A DNA stretch of 64,000 nt, from NCBI GenBank assembly GCA_053919585.1, contig CM132796.1; one strand, written 5' to 3'. This document shows positions 9,538 through 20,805 of the stretch, piece by piece. This stretch comes from Euprymna scolopes. Lineage: Eukaryota. The notes below the pieces were generated by a model, which worked only from the letters and a program-made list of their open reading frames with translations, was not told the origin of the DNA and searched no databases. The stretch's first letter is position 1, and every line of letters begins with the position of its first letter. The position numbers and the translations under genes were made by a program.

Positions 9538-12500
9538 GCAGGGCGCTACCCACTGTAAGCATACACATTAATGGAAGCGAGCGCCTCGCGCTTGTGGACA
9601 CTGGGTGCACCCAGACTCTTGTAAGCAAGATATGCTGTGCCACTTGGAAAGCAGAGAGAATTCCGGTACTAACTGTAGGCGGAGGTTCACTAGCCTCTTG
9701 TGGGGTGAGCATTATCTGCGCAAGCATCAACGACGGGCCTGCAGTAGCCGTGCGAGCCCTGGTTGTGGAGGGAGAGCTTCTCAGGTACGACCTACTCCTG
9801 GGTATGGACTTGATTACACAACTGGGTGGAATTACTGTGGACAGAACTGGCAAGGTACAGTTCTCCCGATGTGAGGAACATGTTTGTGCTGCCATAACTC
9901 TCGACGAGCCTGACTTTCATGCAGAGTATGATAGAAACACCAATGCATGGATGGCGTCTTGGAAGTGGTCAAACAATCAGCCACAAATATCCTTGCGGAA
10001 CCAGTTATCGGAATATCCCCCACCTATGTGGCTAAGGGAGCAGTACGAAGAAGAACTGCAAATGTGGATCGACAATGGCTGTCTTCTTCCATACCCAGAG
10101 GATGAGCTTGGCCCCCTGTGAGGGCTGATTCCCTTGATGGCCGTCGTACAAGAGACCAAACAAAAGGTCTGCCCCATCCTAGACTACCGTGAGCTCAATG
10201 AGCATGTCAACCCATATACAGCAAAGGCTGATGTGTGTGCACTCAAATTAAGGGAGTGGCAACAGCAGGGATTGGACATGGCGACTCTGGACCTACGCAG
10301 GGCCTATCTGCAAATACGCATTGAGAAGAAATTGTGGCCATTTCAGACTGTGGAAATTGGAGGAACCCGATAGTGTCTAACCAGGCTAGGGTTCGGTCTA
10401 AATGTGGCACCAGGCATTATGGCAGCAATCATGCATGCTATCCGGCAGCAAGATGAGGCAGTGCAACAGGCAACATCCTCATATATCGATGATATATTCG
10501 TTAATGAGAGCCTCATGTCAGCACAATCCGTTAGAATGCACTTTGAGAGCTTTGGACTGACATGTAAGGAACCAGAGCATCTGTGCGATGGAACAAAAGT
10601 TCTCGGCCTGCACGTGCGCAATAGCAAGGAGGGACTTTGCTGGAGAAGAGGAAGTCATGTCCCCAAGGTCCCATCAAACATCACTCGACGAACAGTATTT
10701 TCGCTTTGTGGAAAGATGTTAGGCTATTTCCCTGTATGCGGTTGGCTCAGGGTGGCCATGGCGGCCATAAAAAGATGTGCAACAGCCGTGTCGTCGGGAT
10801 GGGATGATGCAGTACACAATGCCACCCTAAGGAGCATGCTGACAGAGACTGTGTCTAGGGTGACCAGTGATGACCCCGTTCAGTGAAAGTGGTGCGTCAG
10901 CAGGAATGAGTTCACAGTCTGGGTGGATGCTAGTTCACTGGCCCTTGGAGTTCCCCTGGCAGTTAATGATTCAATTATTGAAGATGCCTGTTGGCTTCGG
11001 CCAGAGAATGATTCGAGGCACATAAACCTGGCCGAACTTGATGCCACATTGAAGGGCGTTAACTTGGCGCTTCAATGGCAAGCCAAGGTTCTACATATCA
11101 TGACTGACTCGGCATGCACTCATCAGTAGATAACCGATGCATTAAGTGGAAGAGCATGGCTGACGACACGAGCATCGAGTGAGATGTTAATTTGAAGATG
11201 GCTTGCCACCTTGGTCGACACCATCACAGAGTACAACCTGACTGTTGACGTAATGTTGATCAGGTCTGCGCTTAACAGAGCAGATGCTCTGACAAGAGTC
11301 CCTCAACGATGGCTTCTGGCTGGTGCTCGGAGAGATTCTGATAATCTGCGAAACACATGTGCAGCAGTTGTGTGTAATGTGGATGCAGCACGCATCATGG
11401 ACATTCATCGACAGTGTGGACATCCTTGCATCAAGCGGACACTACTTTGTCAAGATGATTGATCCAGGAGTGGAAAAAAAGATATCTGAAGAGTGGTGGA
11501 AAGTTGCGAGGCCTGCCAATCCATCGACCCAGCTCCAGCACAATGGAAGAAAGGGGAGTTGGGAGTGAGTGGTAAGTGGCAGAGAGTGGGCATGGACATC
11601 ACACACTACAGTGGCAACTACTTCCTTACCCTCATCGATTGTGGGCCTACATGTTTCGCAGTCTGGAGACTCCTCGGGCGCCAGGACTCTTGCAACATTA
11701 TTCGCCAGCTGTCATCTGTGTTCTGTGAAAGAGGTGCAACCGATGAAGTGCTGACGGACAACGACCCAGCCTTTTGCAGCCATCAGATGAGGCAGTTCTT
11801 ACAAGAATGGGGTGTGCGGCTGCAGCTTAGATGCGCTTATGTGCCTTCTGGCAATGGTATAGCTGAGAGAAACCATCGCAGCATCAAAACAATTGCAGCT
11901 AGAAAGCAGTACACCATTGCAGAAGCTGTGTACTGGTATAATCTCATGCCAAAGGATTGCGTCTCTCCAGGAACGGCGCCTGCAAACGCAATCTATCAGT
12001 ACCGTGTCCGAGAAAAAGGAATCCACCCCGATACAACTGTGGCCACTGAGATAGAACGGAATCGATATGCCAAAGGGGATGCTGTCTGGGTGAAGCCACC
12101 AGGAAACCGATGTACTGACAAGTATAAACGGAGCACAGTGACCGATGTGGTGAGTCAGCAGTGTGTCCAGGTTGATGGCGTACCCCGTCACGTTAGGGAC
12201 CTACGGCCGGCGACACATATACCACCTCCAGTGGACGATGAGTGTGACTCTAAGACGAGTGGGCCATCGCTTTGGTTTGCAGCATCCCTATCAAGCAGTA
12301 ACTCTGATATCAGTAGCCTCCACGGAGATGAAGCCTTCCCCGACCATCAGGTGGTGGATGAGAGAGCATGCAAAGATGAGAGCAGCACTGTCCCCCTTCG
12401 CAGAAGTACCCGACGGCAGCGATCACCACCCCCCTGCCGTCTCTGTGATCATGAGATCAGGGGGGAGTGTGGAGAAAGAAGTGGCTTACCGTTAAAGCGG

Positions 12501-12605
12501 CTGCGCGTTTGTGCATGCAAAGCACAAATTGAGAATCAAGATGGCGCCCGCATGCGTTTATGTGGAAAAAATTCTCGGGGAATCTCGGAGAATCTCGTAC
12601 CCTGA
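9480..12605 (+). pseudogene. pol (protease, RT, RNase H, integrase) in the -1 frame, several stops
   Basis: ALVDTG, LDLRRAYLQ, SYIDD, DASS, NLAELDA, MDITH/TDND/AER; frame runs through the PPT into the 3' LTR. Confidence 0.9.
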
Positions 12606-15600
12606 TTCCATAAATAACGAGGAAAGGAAAGCGGGAGGACAGACGATTTTTAGTCACTAAAGCGAACGGACGTGTGTAAAAGAAGAGGTAGAAGAAAAGA
12701 GTGTGGTGAACGAAACAAACAACGACTTGGTTGAAAGTAGAGTTGTAACGAACACATTTTCCCTAGAGGAGTTCGTAATTAAAGGATATTCTATCTTAAC
12801 TTCCAAATCTGCCCTCGAAGATCGCCATGGGCATAAAATATGTGCCGACATTAAAGATGGCTTTCCATGTGGTGGGGACATCTCCAGAGAAGATCCTATA
12901 TGTGCTTCCGATTCGCACTTGCTCACAATACTACGTTTATATTTTTATATTTGCTCACTATTGTCCCCCCCCCCCGCAACAGGGGAGTTACTATCTTTAA
13001 AAGTATATCTGAGAAAATTTACCACGTCCTGTTTGCTAATCCTTAAGGTAAAATTCCCTTATTTGGATACTTTAATGTTCACAGTATGGAATGGTTAACC
13101 AACTCAAACAAGACCGATGATGAGGGGAGTTTCTGTCATGATTTCTCCATTGCTTATGACCTCGCTCAGATTGTTCACGAACTCACCAGTTTTGGCAAAT
13201 AGCAAACAGAATTCTGAACAGAAGTGTGTGCTCTATCCCAACCATCATCAATGGACCTGAGGTAATCTCGTCAGCATCAGAAAAAGCCAAACTTTTTGTC
13301 AAGAACTTTTAGCTAATTCTACCCTTTGCGACCAAGGTTGCCAACCCCCAATATTTCCTCCTGTATCAGAAAGCAGGCTATGTGACATACAGATATCTGT
13401 ATGTGATGTTGCCAAGCTAATCAAAAACCTGGATTCCAGTAAAGCAACCGGCCCTTGAAGCATTCTAATTATAGCGCTCAAAAAACTTCAACAAGAACTG
13501 GTACCCATACTTACAAAGCTGTTTAAACGTGGTCTTAAAGAGAATTTCTTCCCATCATTCTGGAAAATTTTATCAGTATGTCCTGTATTTAAGAATTCAG
13601 GTGGTCGGTCATATCTCTTTCAGTGCAGGCCAATAAGTCTCCTGTGCATCATGAGTAAATTGCTGGAATCTGTGTTAAATAGAGAAGTAGTCAACCATCT
13701 CAGCAAATATAACCTTAGTGACATGCAATATGGTTTCCATTCTGCTAGATCTACAGCAAATGTGCTTACAGTTATATCGCATAGTATTAGTGAATCTCTT
13801 GACAGAGGCTTCCTTTCTAGGACAATTGCTCTTGACATATCAAAGGCCTTTGATAGGGTGTGGCGTAAAGGTTTACTTCACAAGATCTCCAGCTATGGTA
13901 TAGCTGGAAATTTCTTCTTAATTATTAAATCATTTCTCTCTAATAGGTTTATAAGAGTAGCAGTTGATGGGCAGAAATCAGAAGCTCACAGTATTAATGC
14001 TGGAGTCCCTCAGGGTTCGATCCTGGGCCCAACTCTCTTCCTGATCTACATTAATAGTATTTCAAATCACATCCTTACATCATTCTACATTTATGCTGAT
14101 GACACTATCATCTATGGTAGCATATCAAAGACCGTAAACGACCAATTTCTCTCTTCTCTCTCCTCTGATCTTGAGCATGTGGTACAATGGAGAAAGAGGT
14201 GGCTGTTTTTTTTTAATGCATCTAAAACCAAGCTTCTATCTTTACATCATCAGTACTCGGATCCCCATCTGGCATCAATTAAAATAAATGGCTTCATTTT
14301 TTGACAAGCTTCTGGACTTGACCTTTACTCCTGATCTGAAATAGATCAAATCCGTTGCCGAGGTCACTGGAAAAATCGTTGGATCCTTCTATGAATCTAG
14401 TAGATATATCACTGCTGATGCAATTCTCTACCTATATAAGAGTCAGGTACGTCCAAGGATGGGGTACTGTTGCCACATCTGGGTAGGAGCTGCTAGAAAG
14501 GATTTATTCTGCCTTGATAGAGTTTAAAATAAACTTTGTAGCCTAGTAGAGGATACTGTTTTCTCTTCCCTACAACCTCTTTCTTACAGAAGAGATGTTG
14601 TGAGTTTGTCTCTGGTTTATCGTTATTTTCATGGCAAGTGCTCGTCTCAGCTCCAATCTATGGTCCCCCCTCGCCAAAACTTTCATGAGAAACACTCGTT
14701 TAGCTGAAAACACTATCAATAATTTCCCCCACTCTTTATCTGTACCTAAACCTAAACGTAGATTCCATGAACAAAGCTTCTTTCTTAGAACTGCACGCCT
14801 GTGGAACTGTCTTCCGTTTGTCTGCTTTCCAGCTGACTACAATATGGTTGTATTCAAGTCCAACATAAACAAGTTCTTGATGAGCTGTTTCACTTAAGTT
14901 AAAAAATTTACCAAATTTCCATTACTAACGATTACGATATTGTCCAATTGACTACTGTACACTCTTTAACCCTTATCCTCGAGTGGCCTCTGGGCTTTTA
15001 TAAGTGGTGATACCTATGTAAAAAAATAATATTAAGATATTAGAGAGAGGGATCACTTTCCTATATAAATTTAACATAAAATGAACACCCACTTTGTAGC
15101 CAGTTAGTGGTCAAAAAGATACGTAATCATTATGTTTCCAATTTTTGTAGCAGAGCTAGAAGGAACAGTGTCATATCCGTTTTTGATTTCTCACGTTTTT
15201 TAAGGAGGAGTAGAGCCCACGTGCTGTTAGCTATTATGTACTTTCACCTAACAATTTATTAAAAAAGATGCCATAAAAATATCGTTGTGCATAACAAAAC
15301 TTTATAAAACATGTCACCGTAACATTTATTGAGTGGGTTTTTACTAGTTTTTTGTTTCTCTTTTTTTTTGTTGAGCGATTATCGGCACTTCCCAGGTGAC
15401 CCTCTCTCATTGCAACCATTTTTTTCTTCTTGTTGTAATGAAAGTATAAATTAGTAAACAAAGATCCACCTCCCTGTATTAAAAATGGCTTTCTAAATAA
15501 TAATGTAATTAATGATGGGAGGATTTTTTTATTTGAATCATGACAAAACCTCAAATGGATAAGTAAATTAAATGCCTCCTTCCCTGAATGTAAAATTGAT

Positions 15601-15715
15601 ATAAAAAATTGACCCCCCATGTTTATATAAAATTTAAAAAAATACGAAATAGGATTACACTTTCTTTAAATACCAAATATGAATTTGAATATCAAAATTA
15701 AGAATGTCAATAATG

Positions 15716-15783
15716 ATATTTTAATGGTATCTTTTGTTTATTAAAATGTTAATTTTAATAAACAAAAGATACCATTAAAATAT
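15716..15783. repeat. Perfect 32-bp inverted repeat, 4-nt loop
   Basis: atattttaatggtatcttttgtttattaaaat-gtta-reverse complement. Confidence 0.9.
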
Positions 15784-15949
15784 TGTTGGCAAAAGTACAG
15801 ATTACTTAATATATAACCTTCAATCCCTCTTGAAAAATGTAAGAAAAGCAAAACAGGTTTGAGTCCCTTGTTATATCGCATATCCCTCCATATTTACATA
15901 AAACAGAAATCAGCAGGAGCAGTGATAGTGACAAAGATGGCGACACTAA

Positions 15950-16600
15950 GGCAAACCCTGTTTGTCGACACAAACAAAATGATCACACCAAATGCATACA
16001 ATAGCATCAAGCCCTATTTCTTTCCATGTCTACATAAACGGCATAATCCACAAATCATCCCAGCAAAGAAAAGAGGAAATCATTAATCAAAAAAGAATCA
16101 AATTCAAAGCATAAACATCACCTTATTGACTGTTTGGTATGGATCAGACAATTCCTTGAGACACACTTACACAAACAAGTCAAGCATTTTTTCAAAGATT
16201 ATGCCTGTCATTCACATGCAAAACAAGGCCACCAAGAATGCTGATAGGGCCTTCAGAAAAATCAAGGACCAATTATCCTCCCTGACTTCTCCAAGCCCTT
16301 CACACTCACTACAGATGCCAGTGACGTTACATGTGGGGAAATGCTAATGCGAGAAGCTAACAATGGGAAGAAGAACATTGTCACAGTCACATTCCATACA
16401 GTCAATCCCACAGAACAGAATTGGTCCACAATGGAATGTGAAGCATACGCCATGAAATGGGCGATATTGAAATTCAACTATTTCTTCTGCAACCGTCCCT
16501 TCATCATCTTCACAGACTACATGTCATTCACATACCTGGACCAACGTGAATTCAACAATGCAAAAATACGAAGATGGCAGGTTGATATGCTCAGCCGAGG
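15950..16600 (+). pseudogene. Old Gypsy RT/RNase H fragment
   Basis: TDASD, TEQNWST.E.EAYA, RPFIIFTD, NAKIRRW. Confidence 0.7.
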
Positions 16601-16789
16601 TTGCAGACAGAAGAAAACCAAGACTTCAACGACCCCAACCCGGCAGAAAAAAAACATTCACGTTAAATGACTACAACTTATGCATTTACATCCCGTTGTA
16701 GTGCATCAGTGATCCCAACAGTCTACAACTCTTCCCCAAGACACACAAACCACAGAATACCCACACACAGAAACACGTTTACATTACAC

Positions 16790-18870
16790 TTGAACTTCTG
16801 CATGTCAGTACAGTTGGGAAAGCAGAATCCCGGCAAGGAGTTCCAAAGTCTAGAAGTTCTAGGGAAGAAGCTATTGAAGGAGAAGGTTTTCTTACACCTA
16901 GAGATCTCTACTGTGTAGGGGTGGGATTTAGCTGCTTGTCGGGTTTGTTGAGGGTATTTACATCGAAGGGGTACAAGTGCTTGTAGTTGTCAGAGCATTC
17001 ACCATTAAAATACTTGTAAAATAGGCAGAGGGATGCAACATCTCATCGATGGGACAGAGGCTGAAGCTTAGATGACACTTCAAGACCTATCAGGTTAGCG
17101 ACTCTCTTTTAAACCTTGTCCAGGAGTGAGAGACTAGTAGCAGATGTACCAACCCAAATGTGACAACAGTACTCCATACATCGGCGAATGGTGGCCTTAT
17201 AGAGGTATAGGATATTTTCAGGCGTTAGTAGCTTTCTAGCATGGTAGAGAGAACCTACCTTTTTCGCAGCGGTCCTGGCAATGCACTCAATGTAATTATT
17301 CCAACTCATGTTTCCTGTAAATGTACGGCCAGAGTTTAAAGGAAGTACTTTCAAGTAATCTGATTTTGGTCATTGGTATTAGTGATAGAGAAGGTTTCTT
17401 GTAATTATGGAAGAAAACAAGCTTAGTCTTAGCAACATTGGATGTGACTATCCATTTTTGTCTCCATTCTACTAAAGATTGAAGGTTTTCCTCTAGTGTT
17501 TCTGCCATTTCCTTAGATATGTGTTTTCCTCTCATGCCTCATGCCAAGCATGTTATAGAGCGTGGTGTTATCAGCAAATATACCCATCTCAGAGACAGTT
17601 TTATCAGGGAGGTTATTTATCAATATTACAAATAATAAAGGTCCAAGGATAGACCCCTGAGGTGCTCTTGCATTATATCATATATTAATTACGTTATGTA
17701 TTCCAGTGATACCATATGATCTGATTTTCTTGAGAAGGCTATCGTGTAAGAACCTTTCAAAAGTCTTAGATATATCTAGGGCTACCGCTCTACCCTTCCC
17801 TGCTTTGTGTAGTGAATGGTATATATGTTCAGAGATTACAGTTAGGATATCTGCTGTGAAACAGGCTTGCCTAAATCCATATTGTTAGTCGGTCAGAAGT
17901 TTAGCAGCTGTAAGGTGAGAGACTAGGGCTGGGTTAATTATGGACTCAAATATTTAGGCAAAAAGTGGGAGGAGGCTAATGGAGCGATACTTTAATGAGT
18001 CAGTTCTTTTGCCAGAATTCTTGAAAACTGGTATCACAGAAGCAGTTTTCCCACAGTCAGGAAAACAAGATTCATTAAGGCATTTCTTGTAAAGTTTGTC
18101 GAGAACTGAAGCAATCTCAGTGGAGCATTTTTTTAATAGCACTGCCAGGATGAGATAGGGTCCACATGCTTTCAAGGTGCCTAGGTTTTTTATGATACCA
18201 TGCACCTGAAAAGGGGTGATTTTCAGATCATCTAGTGTAGCGTCTGTCCACAAAGGAAAGTCAGGGAGGGAGTGGTTTGCTGGGTCCAATGTGGAGTTCG
18301 AGGCAAACCGACTGGCAAGCAGGTTAGCCTTCTCTGTTGCCGTGCAAACAACCTCATGATTGTTTGATAGTGGGGGAATTATTGACTGACTATTATTTAC
18401 TACACTGTTGTGGATTTTCCAAAATAATTACAAGTTCCTAATTTCTGTGCTTCGATGCATTTTCTTGTGGTTTCAGGGTATTCTCTCTTAACTGTCGCTA
18501 TTTCTCTCTTACAATTACTTCTGGCTTCTATAAACTTCTGTCTGTTTGAACTGCACTTATGTTGGTTAAATATATGGTTTGCATGCTGCCTTTGAGCAAT
18601 GGCAGCTGCACAAGTAAAAGTAAGCCATTGGGGAGAGTAGGGCTTGCTTTAAAATTTCTGCATAGGAACATGTGCTTCAATTACAGTTTGGAACCATTTA
18701 GTTGTCTTATTTGCACACTGTTCAGCAGGAAGAGAAAACATATTTCCCCTTGGGGCATCTCTAATGAGATCGCCGCGGGCTTTCCAGTCAGTCTTTTTAT
18801 AATGTCTTGTTGTTTTGAGCAGTGGCTCTTCAGTTTTGGGTCGAGAATTTAGGGCGATTTCATAGCGTGA
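16790..18870 (-). mobile_element. Decayed APE-type LINE fragment
   Basis: Minus-strand KACGP, VIPVFKN, YRSISLLP, QGSILGP, YKATIRRCMEYCCHIW. Confidence 0.8.
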
Positions 18871-20196
18871 TCAGCATTCCTGAAAGGAAAAATACCAAAG
18901 ACATATATCAAATAAAAGAAGGAAAGGAAAAGAAAAATAGAATTTCTCTCTTGTTAAAGAGATATTGTCGCTTTACCGACTGTTTTACTTTTTTAACTAA
19001 TGTGATTTCTCTTTATTCATAATTGTTTCAATTATTTGAAAAAAAACATGGAGAATTAAAAGCCCGTTATGAATGTTCAGACTGGTGGTGAAACACAACT
19101 GAGAGAGAGGAATATAGATGCGGGAAACTGGGGCATATCACATTTAAAGATTACGAACCTGAAATGAACTAAACAATGGAGAGTAAACCACCAAGAGCTG
19201 TGTTGACAAATCAGAAGATTGAAACATATCGATCATTCATCAGAAACGGTTTTCTCCAGAATGAAAGAAAGAATCAAAAAAGTAAAAGAAATATTTAGGT
19301 ACCATCAACTAGAATCGAAACGGAAAACAAAACCATACCATTCAAAGCTGCTTACGTTATCACTGTACCAACCTGACACGCATATGAACTGATTAAGCAT
19401 TAAAAAATTAAAAATAAATCAGGATGAATATACAAAATGTATGACGATATTTTTCAATTTTAACCCTTTTTTGATCTCTTAAAAACTATTTTAACCGCCT
19501 TCAGACCCATAAAAGAACGGTCCATAAAAGATCCAAGTATTTAATGCCTTAAGTGTCGCTCTGCAAATTTTAGTTTTGTTGGAGATCGAGTTTTTAAATA
19601 TGGAGATAGACAAACAAACTTATATATTAGATTAATCTAGAGGTTGTATTTTCAATCTTATAATATTGACAATATTAAGCAAACCAAATACTGATATGTG
19701 AATTTCATTTATATTTTACAGATTTCTTGATTGAACGCCTCTATCGAACTTCAATGGATCATTTCCTTTAAACAATATCATAAAAAACTATTTGGAATTC
19801 AACAGCGAAATCTGTGGATACTGTTCAACAACTTTTGTGAAATAGTGGAGAGAACATCATTCATCTCGAAGGTTATATTAATTTTCTGAAATATGTGTTT
19901 TATGTTCAAATAAATCAAACAATATAAAAAGATAAAAACTACAAATTGAATAAAAAAGATGTAGATATTGAAATAAAACAATATTTTATAAAGTACAGGA
20001 AACTATAGCTGTAAGAAATATCTTTTCGAAAATGGACACTAGATAAATGCTACATTCTTGTGAAGAAGCTGATATTCTTTTTTGAATTAAATCAAATTTG
20101 CTTCAACATCTGTGAATTAAGATTAAAATATTGAGGATAGAATACCATATATTTTTATAACTACGTTAATAATATCGTCCTCTGATCAATTAAAAA

Positions 20197-20805
20197 ATGC
20201 AGGCACAGAGTAAGGAAAAGCCACATTCTTGTAAATTATGTGGATATTCTAGTTTTTATAAATCATCCTTAGTGAAACATATGAGAATTCACACTGGGGA
20301 AAAGCCACATTCTTGTAAAGTATGTGGATATTCTTGTTCTGAAAAATCAAATTTAAGGAAACATATGAGAACTCACACTGGAGAAAAGCCACATTCTTGT
20401 GAAATATGTGGATATTCTTTTTCCAAGAAATCACATTTACTTACACATATGAGAACTCACACTGGGGAAAAGCCACATTCTTGTAACTTATGTGCATATT
20501 CTTCTTCTCAAATAGCAAATTTAGTAAGACATAAGAAAACTCACTCTGGGGAAAAACCACATTCTTGTGAAATGTGTGGGTATTCCTTTTCTGAAAAATC
20601 AGATTTAGTTAGACATATGAGAACTCACACGGGCGAAAAGCCACATTCTTGTAAAGTGTGTGGATATTCTTGTTCTCAAAAATCAGATTTAGTTAGACAT
20701 ATGCGAACTCACACTGGGGAAAAGCCGTATTCCTGTGAATTTTGTGGATATTGTTGTTCAAAAAAGTCAAATTTAGTTACACACATGAGAACTCATGCCT
20801 ACTAG
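20197..20805 (+). CDS. C2H2 zinc-finger protein, 7 tandem fingers
   Basis: Intact ORF, CxxC...HxxxH with TGEKP linkers; candidate splice acceptor ttttacag ending at 19721. Confidence 0.85.
   Translation: MQAQSKEKPHSCKLCGYSSFYKSSLVKHMRIHTGEKPHSCKVCGYSCSEKSNLRKHMRTHTGEKPHSCEICGYSFSKKSHLLTHMRTHTGEKPHSCNLCAYSSSQIANLVRHKKTHSGEKPHSCEMCGYSFSEKSDLVRHMRTHTGEKPHSCKVCGYSCSQKSDLVRHMRTHTGEKPYSCEFCGYCCSKKSNLVTHMRTHAY

Larger units (their letters stand above)
8474..12756 (+). mobile_element. Full-length Gypsy-type LTR retrotransposon (element A), decayed
   Basis: LTRs 8474-8772 and 12468-12756 (TG...CA), 5-bp TSD ttttc (8469-8473, 12757-12761), PPT before 12468, gag-PR-RT-RH-IN order. Confidence 0.95.
8028..15027 (+). 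mobile_element. APE-type non-LTR retrotransposon (CR1/L2/Jockey-group-like LINE), decayed, split by an LTR element
   Basis: Endonuclease start (SNIWGLCSN, ~8360) resumes after 12761; RT motifs QYGF, ALDISKAFDRVW, GVPQGSILGP, YADD (13651-14304); 3' tail ending in poly(A). 5' boundary approximate. Confidence 0.85.
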
